A DNA stretch of 37,172 bases. Source: Octopus bimaculoides (Eukaryota). Positions within the stretch are counted from its first letter, which is position 1. Every line of letters starts with the position of its first letter. Shown here piece after piece: positions 10,773 to 23,019 of this stretch. A program made the position numbers and the translations under genes. The stretch lies in the NCBI RefSeq assembly GCF_001194135.2, contig NC_068981.1, positions 84,334,471 through 84,371,642 of the forward strand, in the 5' to 3' direction. Below the pieces are notes generated by a model. That model saw nothing but the letters and a program-made list of their open reading frames with translations, made no database searches and was not told the origin of the DNA.

Positions 10773-11860
10773 TCCCATCCTCGGAAGTTTCCAAGTAGTC
10801 CCATCATCGGAACTTTCCAGGAAGTAACGCATCCTGGGAACTTTCCAGGAAATCATCGGAAGTCTCCAGGAAGCCACACCATCTGAACTTTCCAAGAAGT
10901 AGCTAATCCTCGGAATTTTCCAGGGAGTAGCTCATCCTCGGAAGTTTCTAGGATATCCTCGGAAGTCTCCAGGAAGTCCCATCCTTGGTAATTTCCTTGG
11001 ATAGCTTATCATCGGAACTGCCCAGGAAACCCACGGAACTTTCCAGGAAATCCTCGGTACTCTCCAGGAAATCCTCGGAACTTTCCAGGAAGTCTTCGGA
11101 ACTTTCCAGGAAGTCTTCGGAACTTTCCAGGAAGTCTTCGGAACTTTCCAGGAAGTCTTCGGAACTTTCCAGGAAGTAGCTCATCCTCGGTACTTCCCAC
11201 TAAACCCGAGGAACTTTCCAGGAAATCCTAGGAAGTTTCCATGAAGTCCCATCCTCAGAACTTTCCAGAAGGTAGTCCAACATCGGAACTTTCCAGGAAA
11301 TTCTCGGAAGTATCCAGGAAGTCCCATCCTAGGAACTTTCCAGGAGGTAGTTCATCCTCGTTACTTTCCAGGAAATGATTGGAAGTGTCCAGGAAGTACC
11401 TCATCCTCAAAACTTTCCAGGAAGTTGAGATCCTCGGAACTTCCCTGGTGATCCTCGGAAGTTTCCAGGAAGTCCCATCCTTCGAACTTTCCCGGTAGTA
11501 GCTCAAACTCGGAACTTCCCAGGAATCCTGTGTAACTTCCCAGGAAATACTCGGAACTTTCCAGGAAATCCTCAGAGCATTCCAGGAAATTCTCGGAACT
11601 TTCCAGGGAATCCTCTGAGCATTCCAGAAAAATCTCGGAACTTTCCAGGAAATCCTCATTATTTCCCAGGAATCCCGCGGAACTTTCCAGGGAATCCTCT
11701 GGAATTTCCAGGAAGCCCACAGAACTTTCCAGGAAATCATCGGAACTTTCCAGGAAACCTCGGAACTTTCCAGGAATCCGCGGAACTTTCCATGAACTCC
11801 CACCATCGGAACTTTCCAGGAAGTAGCTCATCCTCGGAACTTTCCAGGAAAACCTGGGAA
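10771..11860. repeat. Minisatellite, core 21-bp unit TCCTCGGAACTTTCCAGGAA(G/A) with longer 26-28 bp variants
   Basis: Near-perfect 21-mers at ~11040-11175; about 20 exact TTCCAGGAA by manual count; variants insert GTCCCA or GTAGCTCA. Confidence 0.95.
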
Positions 11861-12107
11861 TTATTAATATCATTTATACGTATATAATATGTCTATATGG
11901 CCTTCTTATACTAGTGAAATTGTTACATTGTACTCTAATAAACACACGTGGCCTTACACTGTATTTTGTCTAAAACGGTATTTATTATTATTTTAAAACA
12001 TCCGTTAGATTCCTCTGTTATAGTTTCACTGCACATATAAACTTGCATACACATTAATATATTTTTATTTCTATTTTTCGTCTCTTTCACCATTATTATT
12101 GTTGATA

Positions 12108-12485
12108 GGAGGCGCAATGGCCCAGTGATTAGGGCAGCGGACTCGCGGTCATAGGATCGCGGTTTCGATTCCCAGACTGGGCATTGTGAGTGTTTATTGA
12201 GCGAAAACACCTAAAGCTCCACGAGGCTCCGGCACGGGATGGTGGCGAACCCTGCTGTACTCTTCCACCACAACTTTCTCTCACTCTTTCTTCTTGTTTC
12301 TGTTGTGCCTGTAAATCAAAGGGTCAGCCTTGTCACACTGTGTCACGCTGAATATCCCCGAGAACTACGTTAAGGGTACACGTGTCTGTGGAGTGCTCAG
12401 CCACTTGCACGTTAATTTGCAGGCTATTCCGTTGAGCGGATCAACTGGAACACTCGACGTCGTAATCGACGGAGTGCCAACAACA
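12108..12485 (+). mobile_element. SINE family B, near full length, tRNA-derived
   Basis: A-box-like TGGCCCAGTGA, B-box-like GGTTTCGATTCC; high identity to 16625-16925; ends in caacaaca. Confidence 0.9.
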
Positions 12486-12719
12486 TTGTTGATATCATTA
12501 TTTTTCCCGTTCACGACTTGGTTTGTAAATTACCCGATTCCCCTTATTACCCCATCTGTGTTCTCTTGTATCTTATTTTTATTTTTATTTTATTTTATTT
12601 CTATCTCATTTTACTTCATCTTATTAAACTTTTTTGATATCCTTCAAAAGATTCCTTACTGATGAGAACGACAATGCATAAATTAAATTTTAAATTTTAT
12701 TTTTATTTTCATTACTCCT

Positions 12720-12960
12720 TTACTCTCTCTTTTACTCTTTTACTTGTTTCAGTCATTTGACTGCAGCCATGCTGGAGCACCGCCTTTAGTCGAGCAACTC
12801 GACCCCAGGACTTGTTCTTTGTAAGCCTAGTACTTATTCTATCGGTCTCTTTTGCCGAACCGCTACGTTACGGGGACGTACACACACCAGCATCGGTTGT
12901 CAAGCGAAGTTGAGGGGACAAACACAGACACACAAACATATACACACGCATATATATATA
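12720..12960 (-). mobile_element. SINE family A, 3' half (young copy, runs into gap)
   Basis: Reverse complement of 33540-33760 at high identity. Confidence 0.9.
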
Positions 12961-13476
12961 NNNNNNNNNNNNNNNNNNNNNNNNNNNNNNNNNNNNNNNN
13001 NNNNNNNNNNNNNNNNNNNNNNNNNNNNNNNNNNNNNNNNNNNNNNNNNNNNNNNNNNNNNNNNNNNNNNNNNNNNNNNNNNNNNNNNNNNNNNNNNNNN
13101 NNNNNNNNNNNNNNNNNNNNNNNNNNNNNNNNNNNNNNNNNNNNNNNNNNNNNNNNNNNNNNNNNNNNNNNNNNNNNNNNNNNNNNNNNNNNNNNNNNNN
13201 NNNNNNNNNNNNNNNNNNNNNNNNNNNNNNNNNNNNNNNNNNNNNNNNNNNNNNNNNNNNNNNNNNNNNNNNNNNNNNNNNNNNNNNNNNNNNNNNNNNN
13301 NNNNNNNNNNNNNNNNNNNNNNNNNNNNNNNNNNNNNNNNNNNNNNNNNNNNNNNNNNNNNNNNNNNGAGCTAATGTGAGACAAAGGCATTTGTTCACTA
13401 TCAACAAATCATTTTTGCAGGTCGTTCTGCAAAATCTGAACATTCATACGTCGTCTTCGGCAGGAGAGTTCATCAT

Positions 13477-13589
13477 ATGTATGCATGTATGTATGTATGT
13501 ATGTATGTGTGTATGTATGTATGTATGTATGTGTGTATGTATGTATGTATGTATGTATGTATGTATGTATGTATGTATGTGTGTGTGTG
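13477..13589. repeat. (TATG)n/(TG)n microsatellite
   Basis: Direct. Confidence 0.9.
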
Positions 13590-13726
13590 TGGCAGATTCG
13601 TTAGATTAGTAGACAAAATGCTTAGCGACATTTCGTCCGTCGCTACGTTCTGAGTTCAAATTCCGCCGTGGTCAACATTGTCTTTCATTTTTCTGAGGTC
13701 GATATAATCGACTTACCCACTTCCCC
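13590..13726 (+). mobile_element. SINE family C, internally deleted
   Basis: ggcagattcgttag...cgttctgagttcaaattccgccgtggtcaac...gatataatcgacttaccc; homologous to 21733-21925. Confidence 0.75.
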
Positions 13727-13838
13727 CACCACCACCACCATGAACTTGCTGGCTGTGTGCCAAGATTAAAAACAAATATATACGAAGCTTCCTATTTTTG
13801 CAGGTATGTCCACGTACATGTGTCTGCGCGCTTGCGCC

Positions 13839-13871
<33 letters not shown>

Positions 13872-14263
13872 ACCCGGGCTTTCGAGCGTGCATGTGAATA
13901 TGTCTATAAGCGTCTTGTGTATGTGTGTATGTGTGTATGTGATATGTGTCGGTTCAGCTGGCAAAAGAATCTTTTCATCGCTTCTCGTCCCCTGTAGCGC
14001 ACAGCTCACTTGACTACCGTTTCTATGGGAAAGTGTTCCTTCAAATCGGACCGACATCAATGACAGTATTAAAGCCGCAATTAAAACAGGTGTTTTGTCC
14101 TGCTACTTTTTCAGATTAACACATAGCCAAAGAGATCTTTGCTATCAATACATTCCGACAGAAAAATGTATATGTGAAAATATGTATATACATACATACA
14201 TAAATATACAAGCATACATTCATGAATACATACATGCTTACTTACACATACGTACAAACACAC

Positions 14264-14308
<45 letters not shown>

Positions 14309-15459
14309 AAACCAAACTACATATATCTATCTATCTACCTATCTATCTATTTATGTATCTCTAAACATAGATAGATAGACANNNNNNNNNNNNNNNNNNN
14401 NNNNNNNNNNNNNNNNNNNNNNNNNNNNNNNNNNNNNNNNNNNNNNNNNNNNNNNNNNNNNNNNNNNNNNNNNNNNNNNNNNNNNNNNNNNNNNNNNNNN
14501 NNNNNNNNNNNNNNNNNNNNNNNNNNNNNNNNNNNNNNNNNNNNNNNNNNNNNNNNNNNNNNNNNNNNNNNNNNNNNNNNNNNNNNNNNNNNNNNNNNNN
14601 NNNNNNNNNNNNNNNNNNNNNNNNNNNNNNNNNNNNNNNNNNNNNNNNNNNNNNNNNNNNNNNNNNNNNNNNNNNNNNNNNNNNNNNNNNNNNNNNNNNN
14701 NNNNNNNNNNNNNNNNNNNNNNNNNNNNNNNNNNNNNNNNNNNNNNNNNNNNNNNNNNNNNNNNNNNNNNNNNNNNNNNNNNNNNNNNNNNNNNNNNNNN
14801 NNNNNNNNNNNNNNNNNNNNNNNNNNNNNNNNNNNNNNNNNNNNNNNNNNNNNNNNNNNNNNNNNNNNNNNNNNNNNNNNNNNNNNNNNNNNNNNNNNNN
14901 NNNNNNNNNNNNNNNNNNNNNNNNNNNNNNNNNNNNNNNNNNNNNNNNNNNNNNNNNNNNNNNNNNNNNNNNNNNNNNNNNNNNNNNNNNNNNNNNNNNN
15001 NNNNNNNNNNNNNNNNNNNNNNNNNNNNNNNNNNNNNNNNNNNNNNNNNNNNNNNNNNNNNNNNNNNNNNNNNNNNNNNNNNNNNNNNNNNNNNNNNNNN
15101 NNNNNNNNNNNNNNNNNNNNNNNNNNNNNNNNNNNNNNNNNNNNNNNNNNNNNNNNNNNNNNNNNNNNNNNNNNNNNNNNNNNNNNNNNNNNNNNNNNNN
15201 NNNNNNNNNNNNNNNNNNNNNNNNNNNNNNNNNNNNNNNNNNNNNNNNNNNNNNNNNNNNNNNNNNNNNNNNNNNNNNNNNNNNNNNNNNNNNNNNNNNN
15301 NNNNNNNNNNNNNNNNNNNNNNNNNNNNNNNNNNATTTCTACAAACAGGCGCGCAAACTTTCGATTCGCTTGAAGAAATAGCTTTATCAGGGAACTTAAG
15401 GCAATATGTGGGTATTTTGGTTTGTTGATTCACGCACATGCAAACGCACACACACACAC

Positions 15460-15499
<40 letters not shown>

Positions 15500-16107
15500 A
15501 GACACACACACAGACACACAAAAACAGACACACGCACGTACGCATGCACACACACATACATATTCACATGCACGCACAAACATTCACGCTCACACACAAG
15601 CATTATATTATGTAGAATATTTGAAAGATGGAATGCCATTTATAACGTCCGTAGGAAAAGTAATACTTATTCCATGGTTTAAAGATTCACGATATATTTA
15701 CTAAAACAAGACCCTACTCCTGCTGCAACTACTATTACACCTAATACTTTATCTGTAGTCTACCTTACCTAATCTTTTCCATTTTTATATTTTGGTGTGC
15801 CGTGAGGTGTTGATACTCCTCTTTTAAATACGCGACACACTTGTTTCCGTTACTGCAAATTTATTTTTGGGTTTGTTTTATTTTATTTTAATCCCTTGTT
15901 TCTTGTGTCGAATATCGTTCAGCCAATTGATCAGTGGTCAAGTAAAAAGAAATACGAAAATAGAATCTAATACAATAAACTAAACTACAATAAAATAAAA
16001 TAAAATGAGCGGCACATGAAATATTTGCCGACGGAGATGATAATCTTCAGAAGGGTCAGTAACTAAGTCGGTTGTGTTAGTTCTCACCTTCGACCAGAAA
16101 AGACAAG

Positions 16108-16109
<2 letters not shown>

Positions 16110-16140
<31 letters not shown>

Positions 16141-16189
16141 NNNNNNNNNNNNNNNNNNNNNNNNNNNNNNNNNNNNNNNNNNNNNNNNN

Positions 16190-16250
<61 letters not shown>
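16110..16250. repeat. (CA)n - gap - (GA)n
   Basis: Direct. Confidence 0.9.
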
Positions 16251-16253
<3 letters not shown>

Positions 16254-16624
16254 GCAGAGTAGTACTAAATTCTAATAAATATTCTTTCATCTGACACAAA
16301 ACACGTGAGCGTCTAACGTACAATATAATCCCATGGAAACAGCTATAATCAGTTGTTTGGTGGGCGATTAAGTGTCCGGCAATGGTTAAAATAACGTATA
16401 GGATATCGACATGAAATGTAGGACTACAAAACACTGCATGACTTGGAGTGTTTTTATTTCTTTTTAATTGCTTTATTAGATTTTCAAAGTTTATAAATGA
16501 GATAATTCCACTAGAACTTTTCAATTGGTATCTATGTTCTATTGTTCTGATATATATTATACTTTTATAGCTGTTGCTCAGCTAATTGTTTCGCTACTAT
16601 TCATTTTGGTGGTACTTATATACA

Positions 16625-16925
16625 GGAGGCACAATGGCCCAGTGGTTAGGGCAGCGGACTCGCGGTCATAGGATCGTGGTTTCGAGTCCCAGACCGGGCG
16701 CTGTGAGTATTTATTGAACGAAAACACCTAAAGTTCCACGAGGCTCCGGCAGGGGATGGTGGCGAACCCTGCTGTACTCTTTCACCACAACTTTCTCTCA
16801 CTCTTACTTCCTGTTTCTGTTGTGCCTGTAATTCAAAGGGTCAGCCTTATCACATTGTGTCACGCTGAATATCCCCGAGAACTACTGTGTAAGAGTACAC
16901 GTGCCTGTGAAGTTCTCAGCCACTT
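16625..16925 (+). mobile_element. SINE family B, truncated by gap
   Basis: TGGCCCAGTGG A box; aligns with 12108-12405. Confidence 0.9.
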
Positions 16926-17108
16926 NNNNNNNNNNNNNNNNNNNNNNNNNNNNNNNNNNNNNNNNNNNNNNNNNNNNNNNNNNNNNNNNNNNNNNNNNNN
17001 NNNNNNNNNNNNNNNNNNNNNNNNNNNNNNNNNNNNNNNNNNNNNNNNNNNNNNNNNNNNNNNNNNNNNNNNNNNNNNNNNNNNNNNNNNNNNNNNNNNN
17101 NNNNNNNN

Positions 17109-17450
17109 AAACCAAAATTTTACAGTATTATCTTATTCACTTCGTTTTACATGTTTACATTTTTATCGCCTTCAAATTATTCTCCATTTGAACTAATGCA
17201 TCAGTCCAGGCACGTTTTCCACATTTCGAAGCAGCGCTGAGACTTTTGAGAAGTGATGCTTTTAACGGTTCTGTCGTTTTTTTCTTCACCTCTTTCACAT
17301 CTGCAAATTTCTTAACACCAGCTTCCGTCACCAGTGATGACCTTCGAAAAAAGGTCCGGATCAAATTCCAACAGTTCATTCAGTTTACGGCACGCATTCA
17401 GTCGTGACTGCTTTTTGATCTTCCGTGAGCAAGCAAGGCACCAAATATTC
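17109..17450 (-). mobile_element. Mariner transposase remnant with internal deletion
   Basis: LVPCLLTEDQK (WVPxxL motif), DPDLFSKVITGDGSW (first catalytic D region), then almost directly the C-terminus FEMWKTCLD*CISSNGE*FEGD. Confidence 0.8.
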
Positions 17451-17479
17451 TCGAAGGATATTCATTGCTCCTGACATAA

Positions 17480-17800
17480 TTACAAGATTATTTAATTCCC
17501 ACTGGTTGAATATTTGAGGTTCTTCAGCTTCACTGCTATTGAAGTCATCACCGTCATTGCTATTTATGCCCTCTAATTTAGAACTCAAGTGAATATCTTT
17601 ATGGCTTCCTGGTGATTGTGATGCTGGAACGTCTGCTCCATGGGCAACAGATAGCAATGCAGATGAAAGATTTGGATAAACAATGTGTTTAAATCTTATC
17701 GTTTCAAAATTTGCCAATACATAACAGTAGCAACCTAGTCATATCTCCAGTTCTTAAAAGACCTTCTGAGCAAGCATTGTATTGTCAGAGATTACAATGA
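17480..17800 (-). mobile_element. Chapaev-type (CMC superfamily) transposase N-terminal fragment
   Basis: GCYCYVLANF...KHIVYPNLSSALLSVAHGADVP...PQIFNQWELNNLV resembles the DCYFC...YPxLPSAIRPVPH...PxxFxQxELNDLV motifs recalled for Chapaev-3 transposases. Confidence 0.65.
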
Positions 17801-17819
17801 TCAGACACCTCTTTCACCA

Positions 17820-18880
17820 CTGATTCTACATTCAATCGAAATGCTTTATCTTTGTTCTTGTTCTGCTTCTGCACAACTAGAACCCACACCTTTATCTCTT
17901 TCTTTAACACTCCTTTCTTTAGTCATTGAAATTACAACTGATTTTCATATCATTCAATACTTCGAGGACAATTTCCGCAAATTTTCGAGTTCGTATCATT
18001 GCTTTGAAACTCCCGAAACTTCATGTTTTTCTCTTTCTTTACTTCACACACTTTCTTTTTGCTTCAGCGAAAAGACCTTTTTATTATCAGCAACGCACTT
18101 TCTTAACTTCTCATTAACACAGATGTTTATTTATTTTTAGATTTTATCAATCCTCTTTTTCTATCAACATCTTTCTATGCGTGTTAGAATTTTGTCAGCA
18201 ATTTTCTTGTTTTCCTATCCATGTTTACTAAGTCGTTCTTTGTCCAGTTAATAATTTAGGTGCCGTATCTGATGATCGATACAACATTTGGATTTGTAGC
18301 AGTGGTGATATTTGTTTCACTAAGTCTGGATTTTACTATTCTCTTAATCCGTTGAAAATACTCTTTCCAAATTTCACCTTTCACGCTTTCATTGATGGTA
18401 TGAAACATTGAAATATATACCATCAACTTCCAGCACTCTGATATATTTATATCCTTCATCTGTATTAATATCCCGCATTTTCTTCTTCGTTAAATTTCAT
18501 TCATCATATTTATGATGTCTCCCATTCTTCAACGAAATGGTACTTGACTTGGAAATACCAATTTTCATTTCAATGCGTTGCTAAATACTTCCAGAGCACA
18601 GTTGTCTTTCAGTCTTGCCTTTTACTTTTAGCTCACTTAAGGATAGTAAATGATATCTTCTAGATTTTCGTAAGCTATATCCTCCTTTACTTTTCTTAAT
18701 TCTAGAGAGAGTAGGATAAATGTAATGTGAAACAGTACTGATGATTATTACCTTGGAAATACTCTGATATATTTCAACTTTTCCAAATGGATGTCGTCCA
18801 GATTTTAGTTCAGTTTCTCAAATTTCCATGCTTACTCCTGTCAATTCAGAGATGTTACTTGCGATTTTGAACATTTAAAG
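17820..18880 (-). mobile_element. R4/Dong-like non-LTR retrotransposon RT region, heavily decayed
   Basis: DEGYKYIRVLEVD (GYKYLG.LE.D) and EIWKEYFQRIKRIVKSRLSETNITTA...VSIIRYGT*IINWTKNDLVNMDRK match the post-RT region of R4/Dong-type elements. Confidence 0.7.
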
Positions 18881-18984
18881 GATTTTTTAAATCTGAGAGT
18901 TCGGGACAATTTCATATGCCAATACCATGTCACTAACATCACCGCAATCAAAAAAACTTAACCCACACCATACTCAGATTAGGG

Positions 18985-19710
18985 AGTGAAAATGTGCGTG
19001 ACTTGGGGGTCTTCATGAAATCAGGCGAACTGATCAACGACATCGGATCAGTAGTTATATACATATAGCGGCTTTCAGAAAGACCAGAATCTCCGAACCA
19101 CGAACCACGAGCCATCGAGCCCAGCCACGGCGGCTACAGATTGTTTGCTTTTTCAAGTTTGTCAGGTATTGGAGTCGGTATAGCAGTGGTGTTTCGGAAA
19201 GGGCTGGATCTTGGAATATGTAGCATCTTCCGGGATCCAGAAGTTAAGTCTGGGATCCTGGAAGTAACCAGTAATGTAGGCCATATCTTCAGCATAGTAG
19301 TTGTGTATGCACCGACAGGAGCGGAACAGCCAGATTTCTTCAAGCGTCTGGTGGCCTTCCTATGAATGACACGCTCTTTAGTGTGAATGAATGATCGGAA
19401 AATCATCTTAGATGCAGGCAGGGACAGTGTGGGAAGAGGTAAGAGGAGATTTGGTTAAAAAATCTCGCAGACCTGTTCAGAAGTTTCCATTTGTTTAACA
19501 GGCACAGATTTCATTTTCCGCATGCGACAATGTGATCATGGACAAACCGTATCAGATCATTCAGAAATTTTCTGTAGGTCAATAAAGAGGGCCTGCGAAT
19601 TAGTGAAGCGAGCGTTAACAACAGATGATGGTTGGCCCTGAAAAGAGCAATTAGAGAAGAATCGATAAAGTCAAGTAAGCGTACAGCAAAACAGACAATA
19701 ATAAACATTT
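18985..19710 (+). mobile_element. L1/Tx1-like apurinic endonuclease / ORF2 N-terminal fragment
   Basis: NVRDLG...; GVGIAVVFRKGLDL...IFRDPE...SIVVVYAPTGAEQPDFFKRL...MNDRKIILDA (GDWN equivalent); frameshifted. Confidence 0.8.
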
Positions 19711-19899
19711 GGGTGATAGGCTATTGCCTCGGAAGAAACCTCAAACTATTTTGATATGATCATCATCATCATCAACATTATTATTGTTGTAGGTTGTAGT
19801 GCTGGTGTTGTAGTGGAGAGGCTACATGTGAAACAGATGGCTTTGCAAATACAGGGCGCAGCTAAGAAAGTTCAAACTGATTCCCACGACTACATGTTA

Positions 19900-21080
19900 C
19901 TAGAGAATGTATGAGCAACAATAACAATGTCAACAACAACAAAACACCGAAGAAAACAACGCAACACATGTGGAAACAACACTAACACTACTACCAGTAC
20001 CGACCCAAACAACAACAATAACAACATCAACAATGAGCAAGAAAACAGAAAGGAAACCAAATTGTCAATTCAACACACCTGAAAACCCCACCACCACCAT
20101 CACCGCTACCAACGCCAACACAAATATAAATCAAGACACCACAATTAGATATTCCAAAGTCATCGGGTCCGCAAATATTGTGCAACAGGAGGAGGTAATT
20201 AAATTAACGTCTCAATAAATTTTTTTAATGTTTTAAAGCCCTTTGACAATGTCTGACCGAAATGGTGAATTAAACATTCCAGAATCCATCCGAACAAGAA
20301 ACCAATATCAAAACTGTAATTTATAAAACGATTGGAATAAAAAGCCGAAACATTTAGCAGGCGATACAGCAGCGAAAAAAAAAACCTAGACCAAACTGGA
20401 GCACCAAAACATAGGTCTCTAGAGGAAAAATACTACATGGTAGATTCGAAATACCTGACAATTATGAGGGTAGGAAGTACTTCATAACAACTCTCAAAAG
20501 TCACAGACTGGTCCTCATACAAATTTACCATGGATGAAGCGTAGTATGAAGAAAGATTTTTGATGTGCCTCTATAAGCAAATACTTGCTGGTTAGTGGCG
20601 GTAGTCGTCTCCTATACAGAGGATAAAAAACTCGTTAGGGCAAGGAATGTAGATATTAATCCAAACGAAGGGAATATGAATCCACTCTGGGCCTGCCCAA
20701 AGTACATGGCAGCACAAAGTTAATTGTGACCGTTGAAAGCAGTAAGAAAACATACTATTTGTGTGGAGACACAAATCATTTCGAGGTTTTCTGTAAACAG
20801 CAAAGTAGAGGCGATGAAAGACTGTCACCTCTGCCGACATTATCACCGCAACAGCAACAACAACAGCATAAGCAGCAGCAGCCCCAATGACAGCGTGCAG
20901 TTACAATATTAACAATGGCAACAACTGCAACACAAAATAAGTAACCGCCGAAGCAGCAGTAACAGAGGTAGGGAAGAACAACGGCAGAAACTACGGAATA
21001 GTTGAAACAACAGCGAAAAGAAAAAGCGGCAAAACAAACATCGCCCCAAGAGAAACTGTATCACCAGCAACAGCAGAAAC
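19900..21080 (+). mobile_element. Probable LINE ORF1/gag-like remnant with degenerate zinc knuckle and (CAA/CAG)-rich tracts
   Basis: TYYLCGDTNHFEVFC at ~20750-20795 fits CX2CX4HX4C with the first C replaced by Y; flanked by AAC-rich low complexity. Confidence 0.45.
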
Positions 21081-21214
21081 TGGAAATCCCCTCATGATTA
21101 CAAAACAATGAGACTGTGACCCACAAGACATGCCTCACCCCACTTGGAAGCAATCAGAAGTCGTGTGACGGAGAAATAAGCGCAGTAAATGACGGCAATT
21201 AACAAACTTCCGGG

Positions 21215-21300
21215 AGTCGATAAAATAAGTATCACTTGAGCACTATGTGTGCCAAATTTTGAAAACAAAAATAATAATAATAATGGCAATTATTATTATT
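21215..21300 (+). mobile_element. SINE family C 3' fragment
   Basis: gggagtcgataaaataagtatcacttgagcact...gtgccaaattttgaaa. Confidence 0.55.
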
Positions 21301-21600
21301 ATTATTATTACCCTGCGCGCGTAAGCGAAAGCAGAGTTTTTCAGTCGCTCGTTTTTGTCTGTTCGTGTGTTTGCAAAATGACTGGAGAACGGCTGAATGG
21401 ATTTTCACCAAATATGGCAGAAATACTCATTGGGTGAGTGACTTGAACACATTATTTTGGTTTGATTTTTTTTCAAAACTGCTGGACGGGTGAATCAAAA
21501 TGTTTTTTTTTTCCTTTGTTACTTATGCATACACGATAAGCAGGGGAAATAACTCTTGATGTCAATTTGTTGAAATATGAATTCATCCGAGAATATATTC
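21300..21600 (+). mobile_element. Non-autonomous Helitron/Helentron-like (DINE-1/HINE-type) element
   Basis: ttattaccctgcgc...gtctgttcgtgtgtttgc...gagaacggctgaatggattttcaccaaat resembles the 5' subterminal, GTCY and core organisation of DINE-1-like elements; resemblance only. Confidence 0.5.
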
Positions 21601-21674
21601 ATTAAATTAAATTTGTTTTATCCTTGAATGCGTACACGGTATGCGTCGCCCGTCCTATATCTTTATTTTCACTA

Positions 21675-21680
21675 TTATTA

Positions 21681-21733
<53 letters not shown>
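21675..21733. repeat. (TTA)n microsatellite
   Basis: Direct. Confidence 0.9.
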
Positions 21734-21925
21734 TAGCATGCCGGAGAAAATAATTTGTAGTATTTCGTCTGTTGTTACGTTCGGAGTACATTTTCTGCCG
21801 TGGTCGACTTTTCCTTTCATCCTTTCAGGGTCGATAAAATAAGTACCAGTTGGACACTGGGGTTGATATAATTGACTTACACCCTCCCTCAAACGGGCTG
21901 GCCTTGAGCCAAAATTTTATACCAT
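21733..21925 (+). mobile_element. SINE family C
   Basis: gtggtcgacttttcctttcatcctttcagggtcgataaaataagtaccagttggacactggggttgatataattgacttac. Confidence 0.85.
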
Positions 21926-21975
21926 TAGTAGTAGTAGTAGTAATAGTGGCAGCAGCAGCAGCAGCAGCAGTAGTG

Positions 21976-22036
<61 letters not shown>

Positions 22037-22163
22037 TAGTAGTAGTAGGTGTAGGAGTATCATCATCACTGCAAGTTGTCAAGTATAATCCGTTAATTTC
22101 TTTCCGGCTTTCTTTTATAGACTCACAGAGTAAATATATACATACATACATACATACATACAT

Positions 22164-22216
<53 letters not shown>

Positions 22217-22290
22217 CACACAAACATATATATATGTATATCTATGTATGTATGATGTATGCATGTATGTATGTATGTATGTGTGTATGT
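21925..22290. repeat. Compound (AGT)n/(GCA)n tract, then (ACAT)n/(CA)n/(TATG)n
   Basis: Direct; explains poly-V and poly-T ORFs. Confidence 0.92.
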
Positions 22291-23019
22291 ATAACAATAG
22301 CAAAAGAAAGAAAAAGAGAACCGTTGCGAATGAGTGAGAGGTGTCAACTGTCTAAACTAAACGAACTGTTGGATTATATTTTAAATATCAAGCAAGTTGT
22401 TCTTGAGTCACCAAGTATGAATGAATACTTAGGAACATGTTGTAAAATGTCACTGCGTATATTTAAGCAAAGCCTGTTGTAACTTATTTTAATGCCAGAA
22501 ACTATATATTTCACTATTTAAACCCAAATTGAAAATATTTTTATCGATGTATAACTATAAGGTTTTCCCATCATATTTACAGGATTAAATAAAAGGGATC
22601 GAATTTCACAAATTTTCCCGATTCAGCTGGAAATATTTAACTGTAGATTAGAGGATAAGCAAAGCAAAACAAACATAAAATATAAAATCATAATAAAGTA
22701 AAATGTAAGAAAAGTGGTAGATTACGTTAAAAAAACATCCGGTAAAATTTGTAAGAAATATTAGGATATTCTGTAGAAGTGATCGGGGATTGAGAGAGGA
22801 GTGTTGAAGAAGAGAGAGGGGGGCAGACAGGAATAGACGGAAAGAGAGTGAGAGAAAGAGAGGAGTGCACGTGGAGAGGGAAATTGAGAGCTTATACTTC
22901 AGTATTATGTTCTTCCCAAACCGGAAGTGTCAACCCTTTCAGCTCACATCTGGATGCGGTTCTATAACTCTGGTTGTGTTAATGACGCATTGCGGCCCAT
23001 GGTTGTGATGCAGACTTAG

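Noticed and set aside
10771-11860. CRISPR-like array
   Set aside because: Units are contiguous and degenerate, with no unique spacers or cas genes, in a eukaryotic context
12108-12180. tRNA gene (also 16625-16695)
   Set aside because: A/B boxes run directly into about 300 bp of repeated SINE body and there is no clean cloverleaf
15349-15411. Kinase (EYAxxGNLREYL) or LRR (LxxLxLxxN) assignment for [17 protein letters not shown]
   Set aside because: Match limited to a few residues; flanking residues fit neither family
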